A stretch of 64,000 bases of DNA, taken from NCBI GenBank assembly GCA_913044135.1, contig CAJWOK010000004.1:1135-65134 (forward strand). Direction: 5' to 3'. How positions within the stretch are numbered: the first letter of the stretch is position 1; every line of letters begins with the position of its first letter. This document shows positions 51,144 to 63,584 of this stretch, in pieces. A program made the position numbers and the translations under genes. The notes beneath the pieces are model-generated. The model had not been told where the DNA came from. It made no database searches and was given only the letters and a program-made list of their open reading frames with translations. Origin of the DNA: an uncultured Gammaproteobacteria bacterium. GTDB lineage: Bacteria > Pseudomonadota > Gammaproteobacteria > Pseudomonadales > Azotimanducaceae.

Positions 51144-52247
51144 TTGTATCTTTCCCATCTTTCTCTTTCAAATGTTCGCAATATCTCTGATTCAAGCCTT
51201 GAGCTTGGCCCGGTTTTTAATTTAATCACTGGTCGCAATGGCGCCGGTAAAACAGCCTTACTTGAGGGGATTTACGTCCTTGCGCGGGGGCGTTCATTTC
51301 GCGCCGGTGGATGGCCTAAGCTAATAAAACGCGACGAACAAGAACTTACGATTCGAGCGGAGGGCGTCCGAGATGCCGTGGGCATTCGCTTAGGACTAGC
51401 AAGAAATCGTAACGGGAGCCAGCAGCTGCGGGTAAATGGCAAAAACAGTGGGAAGCTTTCGGATATCGCCGCACACCTACCAGTGACAATGTTGGCGCCG
51501 AATGTCGGTGACTTGGTGACTGGCAGCCCGTTGGCACGGCGGCAATTTCTCGATTGGGGGTTGTTCCACGTGGAACAAAGCTTTCTTGCTACGGCGAGAG
51601 CCTATAAGCGAGCGCTGAGCCAGAGGAACGCTTGGTTACGGAGCCTGCCAGGTAAGCACAGAACTGACTCCCCTGATACCTGGTTAACACCAATGCTGGT
51701 TTACGGCATTAAAATTAATGATTGGCGGCAACGCTATGTAGCGCTTTTAGATAAAGCAATTGGCCCTGTGCTTGAAGACCTATCTAAGCAAATGGATGTG
51801 TCGCTACAGTATCAGGGAGCGGGATATGACACGGATGAGATTTCTGCGCGGGTTCAGATTCAAAGTGAGTTTGAGTCTGAGGTTAGGTACCGGCAGACGA
51901 CCAAAGGGCCGCATCGAGCGGATCTGAGCGTCAGTTTTCAGGGCGTTGCTGCTTCAACCACGGCGTCCCGTGGCCAGGCTAAGCTGATTGCCTGCGGTTT
52001 GTTATTGGCGCAAGTAGAAGTTTTACAGCAGGCAAGAGGGATAACGCCTATAATTCTGATCGATGACTTTGCTTCAGAGCTTGATCCGGATCACATACAG
52101 AGACTGCTGTCGAAATTGGTGGGAATGGGTTGTCAAATCATTGCAACTGCGGCCGACAGACGATTCGAAGAGATCGGAAAGAAACTGGGATCAGACCCCA
52201 CTCTGTTCCACGTGGAACAAGGACAGTTTGAAAAGAAACATGCATGA
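51144..52247 (+). CDS. recF: DNA replication/repair protein RecF
   Basis: GRNGAGKTALLE, RRQFLDWGLF, GPHRADL, SRGQAKL, LIDDFASELD. Confidence 0.97.
   Translation: MYLSHLSLSNVRNISDSSLELGPVFNLITGRNGAGKTALLEGIYVLARGRSFRAGGWPKLIKRDEQELTIRAEGVRDAVGIRLGLARNRNGSQQLRVNGKNSGKLSDIAAHLPVTMLAPNVGDLVTGSPLARRQFLDWGLFHVEQSFLATARAYKRALSQRNAWLRSLPGKHRTDSPDTWLTPMLVYGIKINDWRQRYVALLDKAIGPVLEDLSKQMDVSLQYQGAGYDTDEISARVQIQSEFESEVRYRQTTKGPHRADLSVSFQGVAASTTASRGQAKLIACGLLLAQVEVLQQARGITPIILIDDFASELDPDHIQRLLSKLVGMGCQIIATAADRRFEEIGKKLGSDPTLFHVEQGQFEKKHA
51562..51577. promoter_or_regulatory. parS centromere site (within recF)
   Basis: Perfect palindrome TGTTCCACGTGGAACA; parAB lie about 11 kb away. Confidence 0.92.
52204..52219. 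promoter_or_regulatory. parS centromere site (within recF 3' end)
   Basis: Second perfect TGTTCCACGTGGAACA. Confidence 0.92.
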
Positions 52248-54731
<2,484 letters not shown>

Positions 54732-54785
54732 ATTGCGCCGCACCGAAGTCAAGCATCCGTAACTATTGCGAAGATTGTCATCTGC

Positions 54786-55418
54786 ATGGCTGCAAACCCC
54801 AAGCAACGTTGTAGTTGGTGTCGTGGTGACGAGTTGTCCGAACGCTACCATGATGAAGAATGGGGGTTTCCCGTTACCTCGCCCGCGGAATTTTTTCGAT
54901 GTCTCAGCTTAGAAACCATGCAAGCGGGATTGTCGTGGCGAACGGTGCTACAAAAGCGAGACCGCATGGCACAGCAGTTTTTCGAGTTTGATTGGCGCCA
55001 GTTGGCGTCGATTGAAGACGCAGTGGTCGAAGCTTGGCTGACGGATGCTGGCTTGATTCGGCACCGGGGGAAATTGATTGCGTTACTCTCTAACGCGCGG
55101 ACCTTTGCTCGACTGACAGCCTCCGGCGAGGACATGACCCGCTACTTTTGGCGCTTCGCTGTACCGCTTTCTCCAGAAAAAAATACGCGTGCCCAGCGGG
55201 CGGCCGTGGAGCTGCCCTCCTCTACCCCGGCCGCAATGCTACTCGCAAAAAAACTTCGCTCGGATGGATTTAAATTCATCGGCCCAACCTCTGCTTACGC
55301 GTTGATGCAAAGTATCGGCATCGTTAATGATCATCAGCCGGACTGCTGGCGTTACCCACCGTGTGCGCGGGAACAGGCTCGAGTCCTTAGCGAGCTTGGT
55401 TTCGCAGCCTCGGCATGA
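54786..55418 (+). CDS. tag: DNA-3-methyladenine glycosylase I
   Basis: RCSW...YHDEEWGFP...LETMQAGLSW..VLQKR...IRHRGK...GFKFIGPT..YA.MQ..G.VNDH...C. Confidence 0.95.
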   Translation: MAANPKQRCSWCRGDELSERYHDEEWGFPVTSPAEFFRCLSLETMQAGLSWRTVLQKRDRMAQQFFEFDWRQLASIEDAVVEAWLTDAGLIRHRGKLIALLSNARTFARLTASGEDMTRYFWRFAVPLSPEKNTRAQRAAVELPSSTPAAMLLAKKLRSDGFKFIGPTSAYALMQSIGIVNDHQPDCWRYPPCAREQARVLSELGFAASA

Positions 55419-56308
55419 AGCGCCATCTCTTAACCGTTTTATTCCGCGTGATCGGTTTGGTCCCATTTACCTGGACCCACCGGATTGCTTACTTTGCGGC
55501 GACATGGATGATTAAATGTCAAAGTGAATTAGCGCGCGTGTCAAGGATCAACATAGAACGCTGCTTTCCCGACCGGTCTGCCGCTGCACAAACACAGTTG
55601 GTCAAAGACAGCCTGGTGCATTCAATTCTGCTTTTGTTTGAACTGGGTCGCCATCTGCCTACTGCCAACAGCCAACGGAAACCATTTACTGAAGTGGTTG
55701 GCAGAGAACTTTTCGATACGGCGTGGTCGCAGCAGAAGGGCGTGATACTGCTCGCCCCTCACTTTGGCTGTTGGGAGCTATTGCACAGGTTTACCTGTTG
55801 GCCAGAGCATGCCATAGCACTGTATGACCCGCCTTCATCCGAAACGTTCGAGTCCTTGCTCACCTTTTCCCGCGAGCTCAACGGGGTGGAAATGTTCTCG
55901 ACTAGCCGCAGCGGCCTTAAAGGATTTCTGCGAGCTGCGCGTGAACCGACTCTGGTTTTAGTGTTGCCTGACCAAGTACCGGACTATCAAACCAAGAGCA
56001 TTAAGTCGCACTTCATGGGGGAGCAAGTCATGACTATGGCGTTGGTCCATCGGCTGGTGAAAAAATATCGGAAGCCAATCCTCATGGCGGCGGTTGAGCG
56101 ACGCATTGAAAACGGTCAGCCAAAATACGTTTTTCATTTTCAAGCGCCCGATGAGGCCATTGCGAGTGATGACGAAGCGCTACATGCGGATGCGCTCAAC
56201 GCTGCGGTAGAACGAGTTGTTGAGATAGCGCCAGAGCAGTACCAATGGTCTTACAAGCGCTTCAAACGTGCAGAAGATAAAGCGCGAAATATCTATCGCC
56301 GCCAATAA
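55415..56308 (+). CDS. Lipid A lauroyl/myristoyl (LpxL/LpxM-family) acyltransferase
   Basis: GVILLAPHFGCWE, VLPDQVP, PEQYQWSYKRFK. Confidence 0.9.
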   Translation: MKRHLLTVLFRVIGLVPFTWTHRIAYFAATWMIKCQSELARVSRINIERCFPDRSAAAQTQLVKDSLVHSILLLFELGRHLPTANSQRKPFTEVVGRELFDTAWSQQKGVILLAPHFGCWELLHRFTCWPEHAIALYDPPSSETFESLLTFSRELNGVEMFSTSRSGLKGFLRAAREPTLVLVLPDQVPDYQTKSIKSHFMGEQVMTMALVHRLVKKYRKPILMAAVERRIENGQPKYVFHFQAPDEAIASDDEALHADALNAAVERVVEIAPEQYQWSYKRFKRAEDKARNIYRRQ

Positions 56309-57738
56309 GCCGGAGTGAGTAATACCAGGATGGTGAAAATCTCTAACCGGCCCAGAACCATGTTTATGGTGAGCAGCCAATGAGCTGACTCGGGTAAGTC
56401 ACCGTAATGCAGCGCAACGGCGCCTAAGCCAGGCCCCAGGTTGTTAATGCAAGCTGCAACGGCCGAAAACGCGGTGGTGAAGTCCAGTTCAGCGAGAATG
56501 GTGATGAGCACCACCGACAGAAAAAATACCAAACCGTATACTGCGACAAAGCTCCATACAGCTTGAACGACTCGATCAGACACTGGGTGAGAGCCAAGCT
56601 TCAGCAAAAATACGCCGTTCGGGTGTATCAGGCGATTGACCTCCCGCATGCCCTGTAAATACAACATCAGCACGCGAACCACCTTCATACCACCGGCGGT
56701 CGACCCCGCACATCCGCCAATAAAAGCGACCAGGATCAGCATTAACGGGGCGGCGCTGGGCCACGTCGAAAACGGGGCGGTCGTAAATCCGGTAGTAGTC
56801 GCCATAGAGATGGTTTGGAATAAGCCATCGCGAAGCGGGTTGATGTCGGGCTGAGCGCTTTGCCAAAGAAGCAATACGATAACGGAGGTAAAAAAGGCTA
56901 AAAAAGATAAGTAAGTACGCACTTCAATATCCTTGAAGTAGGCGAAGATATTGCGTCTTCGCCAAACCAAAAAATGCAGTGCGAAATTTACTCCGGAAAG
57001 CACCATGAAAATCATTGCAATAGTTTCGATGGCCACGTTATTGAAGTGGCCAATACTGGCGTCATAAGTAGAAAAACCGCCGATTGCGATGGTTGCAAAA
57101 CTGTGTGCCACTGCATCGAATAGCGACATGCCAGCAAGGTAATAAGCGGCGGCGCAGATCAAGGTTAGGCCTACATAGATAAGCCACAATGCTTTTGCGG
57201 TTTCGGCGATACGCGGTGTCAGTTTGTTGTCATTGATAATCCCGGTGGACTCGGTCCGATAGAGCTGAAGCCCGCCAATGCCCAACATGGGAAAAACCGC
57301 GACGGCCAAGACGATGATTCCCATTCCGCCAAACCATTGCAACAACTGCCGGTAAAACAAAATGGATTTCGGCAGGTTATCCAGCCCCGTAATAACGGTC
57401 GCTCCTGTTGTGGTGAGCCCGGAAGTGGACTCAAAGACAGCTTCGGCGAAGGTTAGCGTGAGTTCCGCTGTAAAATAGAATGGCAGTGCGCCAAAAAGCC
57501 CCAGGCCTAGATAAAACAAAGCCGTAATAAGGAAACCATCCCTGCCGCGGAGGGCTCGATCACCGCGTAGCGGTAACCACATAGCCAAACCAGTGGTAGC
57601 GGTGATGCCGAATGCGGTCAAAAAAGTGGTGATTTCGGCCTCACCGTAAAGCAATGCGATGCCGGCCGGAATCAGCAAAATGACGCTGAACAGAGCCAGC
57701 AACAAGCCTGTGACTCTTACGATGACTGCCCAGTGCAC
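56293..57738 (-). CDS. trkH: Trk potassium uptake membrane protein
   Basis: FESTSGLTTTGAT, QWFGGMGIIV, TIAIGGFST, GGCAGSTAGGMK, NNLGPGLG, GRLEIFT. Confidence 0.98.
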   Translation of the reverse strand: MHWAVIVRVTGLLLALFSVILLIPAGIALLYGEAEITTFLTAFGITATTGLAMWLPLRGDRALRGRDGFLITALFYLGLGLFGALPFYFTAELTLTFAEAVFESTSGLTTTGATVITGLDNLPKSILFYRQLLQWFGGMGIIVLAVAVFPMLGIGGLQLYRTESTGIINDNKLTPRIAETAKALWLIYVGLTLICAAAYYLAGMSLFDAVAHSFATIAIGGFSTYDASIGHFNNVAIETIAMIFMVLSGVNFALHFLVWRRRNIFAYFKDIEVRTYLSFLAFFTSVIVLLLWQSAQPDINPLRDGLFQTISMATTTGFTTAPFSTWPSAAPLMLILVAFIGGCAGSTAGGMKVVRVLMLYLQGMREVNRLIHPNGVFLLKLGSHPVSDRVVQAVWSFVAVYGLVFFLSVVLITILAELDFTTAFSAVAACINNLGPGLGAVALHYGDLPESAHWLLTINMVLGRLEIFTILVLLTPAYWRR

Positions 57739-57747
57739 CGTCGCGGC

Positions 57748-59121
57748 CTAAAAAAAGCTCAAGCTGACTTGGAACAACCGCTCGACGGCGGCGATCTGGC
57801 GCTTATCGACTAAAAACAGAATGACATGATCGTCCGGTTGGATAACGACGTCGTGGTGCGCAATCAGTACTTCTTCGTCGCGAACAATGGCGCCAATGGT
57901 GGTGCCGTCGGGTAAATCAATCTCAGACAATCGACGGCCAACGACTTTTGACGTCTTAACATCACCGTGGGCGATGGCCTCCATTGCCTCGGCCGCGCCT
58001 CTACGCAAACTGTGTACGCGAGCCACGTCGGCGCGTCGCACATGTGAGAGCAGCGTGCCGATGGTGGCCTGTTGAGGAGAGATGGCCAAATCGATCTCGC
58101 CACCTTGAACGAGGTCGAGATAAGCGGGTTTAGCGATTAAGGAAATCACCTGCCGGACCCCAAGTCGCTTTGCCATCAGGGCGGACATGATATTGACTTC
58201 ATCGTCGTTGGTAACCGCGCAAAAGACATCACATTCTTCGATGTTCTCTTCTAACAATAGGTCTCTGTCTGTTGCGCTGCCATTGATTACCACCGTGGTA
58301 TCCAAGATTTCGGCAAGGACCATCGAGCGAGCTTTGGACTGTTCGAGAACCTTTGTTGTGTACTGACCTTCGATTGAGGCAGCGAGTCGCGCACCGATGT
58401 TACCGCCGCCGGCGATCATGATGCGCTTAAATGGTTTCTCTGCTTTTCGCAGTTCGCTCATAACGGCATTAATGTCTTTGCGTGCGGCAATAAAAAACAC
58501 CTCATCATCGACCTCAATGACAGTGTTGCCTTCCGGAATAATGGGCTGACCATTACGGAATATAGCGGCAACTCGGGCATCCACCTTGGGCATATGTTGC
58601 GGTAGAACGTTTAATGCCCGCCCTATCAGCGGGCCATCTGCGTAAGCTTTCATCGCAACCAACTGAACTCGTCCGTCAGCAAAGTCTAAGACTTCGAGCG
58701 CACCGGGATGATCTAAAATGTCGCGGATTTGCCCTGTGACGACCTGTTCAGGGTGTATGAGCCGATCGATTGGCAAACTGTTGCGTGCGAATAAGCTTTC
58801 CTGGTTAAGGTAGGCTGAAGATCGGATTCGCGCGATCTTTGTTGGCGTGCGAAATAACGTGAAGCAGGTTTGGCATGCGATCATATTCACCTCGTCACTT
58901 GAGGTGACCGCGACGAGGATATCGGCATCGTCCGCGCCGGCCCGTTCCAGCACTTCAGGATGCGACGCAAAACCCTCTACAGTCTGAATGTCGAGACGAC
59001 TGGCCAGTTCTTGCAGGCGGACTGGGTCCTCATCTACGAGGGTGATGTCGAAATCTTCTTTTGCAAGATTTTCGGCTAGCGTACCGCCCACCTGTCCGGC
59101 GCCGAGGATCAATATCTTCAT
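57748..59121 (-). CDS. trkA: Trk potassium uptake NAD-binding protein
   Basis: MKILILGAGQVG, IMIAGGGNIG, AEAMEAIAHGD. Confidence 0.98.
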   Translation of the reverse strand: MKILILGAGQVGGTLAENLAKEDFDITLVDEDPVRLQELASRLDIQTVEGFASHPEVLERAGADDADILVAVTSSDEVNMIACQTCFTLFRTPTKIARIRSSAYLNQESLFARNSLPIDRLIHPEQVVTGQIRDILDHPGALEVLDFADGRVQLVAMKAYADGPLIGRALNVLPQHMPKVDARVAAIFRNGQPIIPEGNTVIEVDDEVFFIAARKDINAVMSELRKAEKPFKRIMIAGGGNIGARLAASIEGQYTTKVLEQSKARSMVLAEILDTTVVINGSATDRDLLLEENIEECDVFCAVTNDDEVNIMSALMAKRLGVRQVISLIAKPAYLDLVQGGEIDLAISPQQATIGTLLSHVRRADVARVHSLRRGAAEAMEAIAHGDVKTSKVVGRRLSEIDLPDGTTIGAIVRDEEVLIAHHDVVIQPDDHVILFLVDKRQIAAVERLFQVSLSFF

Positions 59122-60638
59122 TGCTGGGTTGTCTTATAAAGAGCGCAGAAGTAGAGGCCGTCTGGGCCATTAAGGCTTGGCAAAATTTGCCAGCCGAGAT
59201 GAGTCGCTTCTCCATGCGGGAGTGCGCAGGACAGCCCGCACGCGGTACTGTTTTCTGCCATGAATTGTTCAATCACCGCGTCATTCTCCTCAGCAAATAT
59301 TGAACAAGTGACGTAAAGAAGCGTACCCCCTGGTTTGAGTTGTTGCCACAAATTGCGCAACATAGCTGCCTGTAATTCGGTATGAGCGGTCAATTGCTCG
59401 GGTTGCATCAGCAAGCGCATGTCTGGATGACGGCGCAGCGTACCGCTGCCTGAACAGGGCGCATCCAACAAAATCGCGTCAAACTCGCCGCCAGCCGTTA
59501 AAGTGTCTTGACTGGCATCGCCACAGATCAATTGAAGCGGGCTGATGGTAAGCATAGTTTGTGCAGAACCCACTTTAGTCAGGTCGCTATTTTTCGCGAT
59601 ATTGCCGACTAGGTCGTTGCCGCTAGAGTCAGCATTTTCTGGGCTATTGAAGTGTTGCAGTCGCTTACCAATTGTCTCGGTGGCATCCAAACGCTTTTGT
59701 ATTGCATCGACCGCAACGATCTCGTGGACTGTGCCCTTAGCGAGGAGACGCTCGTGCAGGTGAAAGAGCTTTCCTCCTGGCGCTGTGCAAGCATCTAAAA
59801 TGCGCAGCGGCTCTGATTTCGGGTTTTCAGATATGCCGGCCGCGGTGCCATCACTCGGCACGCCAGGTTCCGAGGCCACTGCGGTGGTCGATTGCTCAGC
59901 CAAGTGTTGGCAAAGCAAGTGAGCAGCGAATTGAGTGCCGAGATCCTGCACGCTGACGTAGCCCTCGCCCCAACCGGGCAAATCCTCGGCCGGTAGCGGT
60001 TGGTCCAAAGTAACGGTCTCGTCTAATGAAGTGGTTTGATAGCGCATCCCAGCTGCATCGAGCATTGCACAATATGCCGCTATGGAACAGCGTGGGGTAT
60101 TGATTCTCAAGGTCATTGGCGCCCGGCTGTTGTTCGCGAGCAGCACAGCCTGCCAGCGTTGCGGATATTGCGTTTGTATCTTTTGCGACAGCCAAGTGGG
60201 ATGACACAAAGCTGCCCATTCAATGCCGCTTGTTACAAGTTCGTCCGTTTGTATTGACCGGTCAATCTGGCGTAAAACAGCGTTCACTAACCCTTTGGCC
60301 CAGGGCTTCGATAAGACGCGCGCTGCATTGACTGTTTCGTTGATTGCCGCATAGCTCGGCGTTTTCATGAAGATCAACTGGTAAGCGCCCACTATCATTA
60401 AAGCATAGATATCTTGGTCTTTTGGCTTAAACGGCTTCTTCAAATAGGTGTCTATCGTCGCCGCCAATGCGTCATAGTGACGAGCGCATCCATACAACAG
60501 TTCACGCTGCAGCGGTGTTTCACACCAATTCGATCGATGTTCCAGCAGCCAATCTAGGGTACGGCCTTGCTCGGTGATTTGCTGTAAGCCATGAACGACT
60601 TGTGCGCGGATATTAGTAGAGGGCTTGGTCGACGGCAT
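59118..60638 (-). CDS. rsmB: 16S rRNA m5C967 methyltransferase RsmB
   Basis: NusB-like N-terminus, SVQD, LDACTAPGGK, LLDAPCSGSGTLRRHPD, LLYVTCSIF.EN. Confidence 0.95.
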   Translation of the reverse strand: MPSTKPSTNIRAQVVHGLQQITEQGRTLDWLLEHRSNWCETPLQRELLYGCARHYDALAATIDTYLKKPFKPKDQDIYALMIVGAYQLIFMKTPSYAAINETVNAARVLSKPWAKGLVNAVLRQIDRSIQTDELVTSGIEWAALCHPTWLSQKIQTQYPQRWQAVLLANNSRAPMTLRINTPRCSIAAYCAMLDAAGMRYQTTSLDETVTLDQPLPAEDLPGWGEGYVSVQDLGTQFAAHLLCQHLAEQSTTAVASEPGVPSDGTAAGISENPKSEPLRILDACTAPGGKLFHLHERLLAKGTVHEIVAVDAIQKRLDATETIGKRLQHFNSPENADSSGNDLVGNIAKNSDLTKVGSAQTMLTISPLQLICGDASQDTLTAGGEFDAILLDAPCSGSGTLRRHPDMRLLMQPEQLTAHTELQAAMLRNLWQQLKPGGTLLYVTCSIFAEENDAVIEQFMAENSTACGLSCALPHGEATHLGWQILPSLNGPDGLYFCALYKTTQQ

Positions 60639-60757
60639 TTTGTTATCGAAAGCGATGCACGCGCGCTTGCATCGGTCGACTGCTCGGCGTGATCAGCAGG
60701 GGTGTCGCGCGCGCGCGATCACCAAAGGGAGAGTGCATTGTCGCGCCGTTCTTCACG

Positions 60758-61717
60758 CTAGTCTTCACGTTGGACGCTGCCAAATTCGCTGCCGGATTGA
60801 AATAATGAGGCATAGCCGTTCAGGGCTGCAGCAGCCGTCATCACTTGCCCTTTACCCTTGCTGATTTTAAGCGCCGTCACCACCAAAACACCTTCGCCAC
60901 ATTGAAATCGCAAGCCATCCCTAGCAGCACTAATAAGAGTGCCGGGTGTGACTGTTGTGCCCGTTGCTCCCGGTTCTGCGACCGCTTCTAAAATCTGCAT
61001 TGTGACTTGCTCAGAAGCTACGATAACGGGCATGCGGTCAGCTAAGCCGCGCACCTGCAATGCCAACGATGGCGCCGCATTTTGCCAATCGATGTCTCGA
61101 TCAGCTCGGGTCAGCTTATGGGCATACGTAACGCCGTCGGTGGACTGAGGTGTCGGCTCTACGGGCAGGTCAGCCAAAACTTTCTGCACGAGCTTACCGC
61201 CCAATTCAGCAAGTGCGCTCTCCAGCACCGGTGCGGTGGTGGTCGCGCTAATGGGCAGCCGCGCCTCGCGAAAAACCGGCCCCGTATCCAGGCCGGCTTC
61301 CATTTGCATAATGGCGACGCCCGTTTCGCTATCGCCGGCCATGATTGCCCTCTCGATAGGTGCTGCGCCGCGCCAGCGCGGTAACAGTGATGCGTGCACA
61401 TTAATGCAGCCATAACGCGGCACGCTCAGGATGGCTTCCGGCAAAATCAGCCCATACGCCGCTACAACCATGACATCTGGTGCGGCCTCTTTAAGCCGTT
61501 CTGCAGCTACTGGATCTCTGAGTGTCTGCGGTTGCCAGGTCGGAATTTCTTTCGCTTGTGCCAATTGCTTGACTGCATTAGGAGCCACTTTACGACCCCT
61601 ACCCCTGGGCCGGTCGGGCTGTGTTAACACTAGAGTCGGTGCGAAGGGACTGTCACACAGCTGGCTTAAGATTTCTGCTGCAAAGGCCGGGCTACCGGCA
61701 AAAACAACGTTGGTCAC
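60758..61717 (-). CDS. fmt: Methionyl-tRNA formyltransferase
   Basis: [36 protein letters not shown]. Confidence 0.99.
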   Translation of the reverse strand: MTNVVFAGSPAFAAEILSQLCDSPFAPTLVLTQPDRPRGRGRKVAPNAVKQLAQAKEIPTWQPQTLRDPVAAERLKEAAPDVMVVAAYGLILPEAILSVPRYGCINVHASLLPRWRGAAPIERAIMAGDSETGVAIMQMEAGLDTGPVFREARLPISATTTAPVLESALAELGGKLVQKVLADLPVEPTPQSTDGVTYAHKLTRADRDIDWQNAAPSLALQVRGLADRMPVIVASEQVTMQILEAVAEPGATGTTVTPGTLISAARDGLRFQCGEGVLVVTALKISKGKGQVMTAAAALNGYASLFQSGSEFGSVQRED

Positions 61718-62208
61718 GCGCCTGCCTGACGCAATTTCTTGGTAATGCGATTGCGTTTGAGGGTAGATAGGTAGTCGACGAAGAGTCTTCCTGCTAGGTG
61801 ATCACATTCGTGTTGGATACAAATGCTCAACAGCCCTTCTGCTTCCATGGTAAAAGCTTCACCCTGCGTGTTTACCGCAGAGACCTTTACCCGCTCTGAC
61901 CGCAGAACTGAATCAAAGTAGTCTGGTACTGACAAGCAGCCTTCTTCGCCGGCGATTTTTTCGCCAAACAGTGCCAGTGTTGGGTTAACAAAGACATAAG
62001 GCGTATCTTTTTCTTCACTTACGTCGATGACAATTACCTTTTTATGCACGTTCACCTGCGTAGCGGCGAGCCCGATGCCAGGCGCAGCATACATGGTTTC
62101 GAGCATGTCCTCGGCGAATTGCTGCAAGGCGGCATCGAATATTGTGACGGGCTCAGCCACTGTTCGCAGACGAGGATCTGGATGATGAAGAATGTTGAGT
62201 AAAGCCAT
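61714..62208 (-). CDS. def: Peptide deformylase
   Basis: [21 protein letters not shown]. Confidence 0.99.
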   Translation of the reverse strand: MALLNILHHPDPRLRTVAEPVTIFDAALQQFAEDMLETMYAAPGIGLAATQVNVHKKVIVIDVSEEKDTPYVFVNPTLALFGEKIAGEEGCLSVPDYFDSVLRSERVKVSAVNTQGEAFTMEAEGLLSICIQHECDHLAGRLFVDYLSTLKRNRITKKLRQAGA

Positions 62209-62333
62209 TGTTTTCTTTAAAGCATTGATGGCACCAGTATAACCCGGCTAGTAGCGAGGTGAACCTGTCAGTTGCGAGTTGATTACGGTAAGTCCCAGAT
62301 GCTTTGGGCTTACAATGGACTCGGTAGCTACTC

Positions 62334-63560
62334 ATGCGGCAGACGAGTCGGTGCGCTAGTCTTGTCGGCCATTCGTTGGAAAATTTGCGAGCAATGGCCA
62401 GCCAATCAGCCCTACTGTTATGTAAGTTGTTAGACCGGCTGGCACGCAAACAGATCACTGCGCGGATGTTAGCGAATATGCCTCGCGGTTTTGACCCTGA
62501 CGGCAACCGAGCGGCGAGTAGAGATGCTGATACGACTCACGGATTAAGTACTTCGGATCTCTCGGATCTCTCGGAATTCATCGCTTGGTCGCATCAGGCG
62601 ATCCGCAAACCTGCGCGTGGCCATCTCTATGAACAGTCGGCTGAAACGTCTGAGATCATGGCGATAAGCATTTTCGATCCCGAATATCCTCACCTGCTGC
62701 GACAGATACCAGATCCTCCTTTGGTTTTGTTCTGCCAAGGCTCTCTCGCGGCGTGGCGCAAATACACCGTGGCAGTGGTTGGTGCACGTCGGGCTACGCG
62801 CACTGGGATCGAAATTGCTTTCGACCTAGCACGCGATCTAGCTTTTGCAAACGTGGTCACGGTGAGTGGTTTGGCGCGAGGCATTGATGGCGCAGCCCAT
62901 CGCGGCGCCCTGCAGGCGGGGCGTTTTCCCACTGTCGCTGTCCTGGGTTCTGGTCTTGGCAATGTTTATCCGAGTGAGCATCGTCGTTTGGCCCAGCAAA
63001 TTTGTGATCAGGATGGTTTGATAATTTCCGAGTTTCCTCATGCTGCAGCGCCTTTAAAACATCATTTTCCTGAGCGTAATCGCATCATTAGCGGTTCAGC
63101 CGACGCGGTGGTGCTGGTCGAGGCTGGCGTGCACAGTGGGTCATTGATTACCGCGCGTCTGGCATTGGAGCAAGGCCGCGATGTGTTGGCTTTTCCAGGG
63201 TCGCCGCGCAGCGAAACCTCGGCTGGATGCCATCGCCTGATCCAACAGGGTGCTGGCTTAGTTTTGAATGCCGATGATGTTTTGCACGAACTCAGTCCGC
63301 CGGGTTGGGCACAAAGCGGCACCGAACACGGTGAGCAAGCAATCGGAATGGAGTTAACGGCCCAACGATCAGCTTGTTATCAGCAATGTGGGCCGGAAGC
63401 GGCAGCATTATTGGATGTCATGAACGCCGAACCACAGAGTCTCGATGAGCTGATCTTTATATCGGCGTTACCGCCGCAGGAACTCAGCGTGCTGGTGATC
63501 GAACTTGAGTTAGCGGGGTTTGTGACTCGATTGGCAGAAGGGTATATTCGCGCTTCATAA
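62334..63560 (+). CDS. dprA: DNA-protecting protein DprA (start uncertain, probably downstream of 62334)
   Basis: YP.LL.QIPDPP..LF, VAVVGARRAT, VSGLARGIDGAAH, FPERNRIISG, SGSLITARLALEQGRDV, C-terminal winged helix. Confidence 0.95.
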   Translation: MRQTSRCASLVGHSLENLRAMASQSALLLCKLLDRLARKQITARMLANMPRGFDPDGNRAASRDADTTHGLSTSDLSDLSEFIAWSHQAIRKPARGHLYEQSAETSEIMAISIFDPEYPHLLRQIPDPPLVLFCQGSLAAWRKYTVAVVGARRATRTGIEIAFDLARDLAFANVVTVSGLARGIDGAAHRGALQAGRFPTVAVLGSGLGNVYPSEHRRLAQQICDQDGLIISEFPHAAAPLKHHFPERNRIISGSADAVVLVEAGVHSGSLITARLALEQGRDVLAFPGSPRSETSAGCHRLIQQGAGLVLNADDVLHELSPPGWAQSGTEHGEQAIGMELTAQRSACYQQCGPEAAALLDVMNAEPQSLDELIFISALPPQELSVLVIELELAGFVTRLAEGYIRAS

Positions 63561-63584
63561 AATTAAACATCAAAGGAGCTCCAC

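Noticed and set aside
60639-60757. GC-alternating run and hairpins between fmt and rsmB as a REP or mobile element
   Set aside because: Single copy in the window with no terminal repeats or transposase; at most a local mRNA structure.
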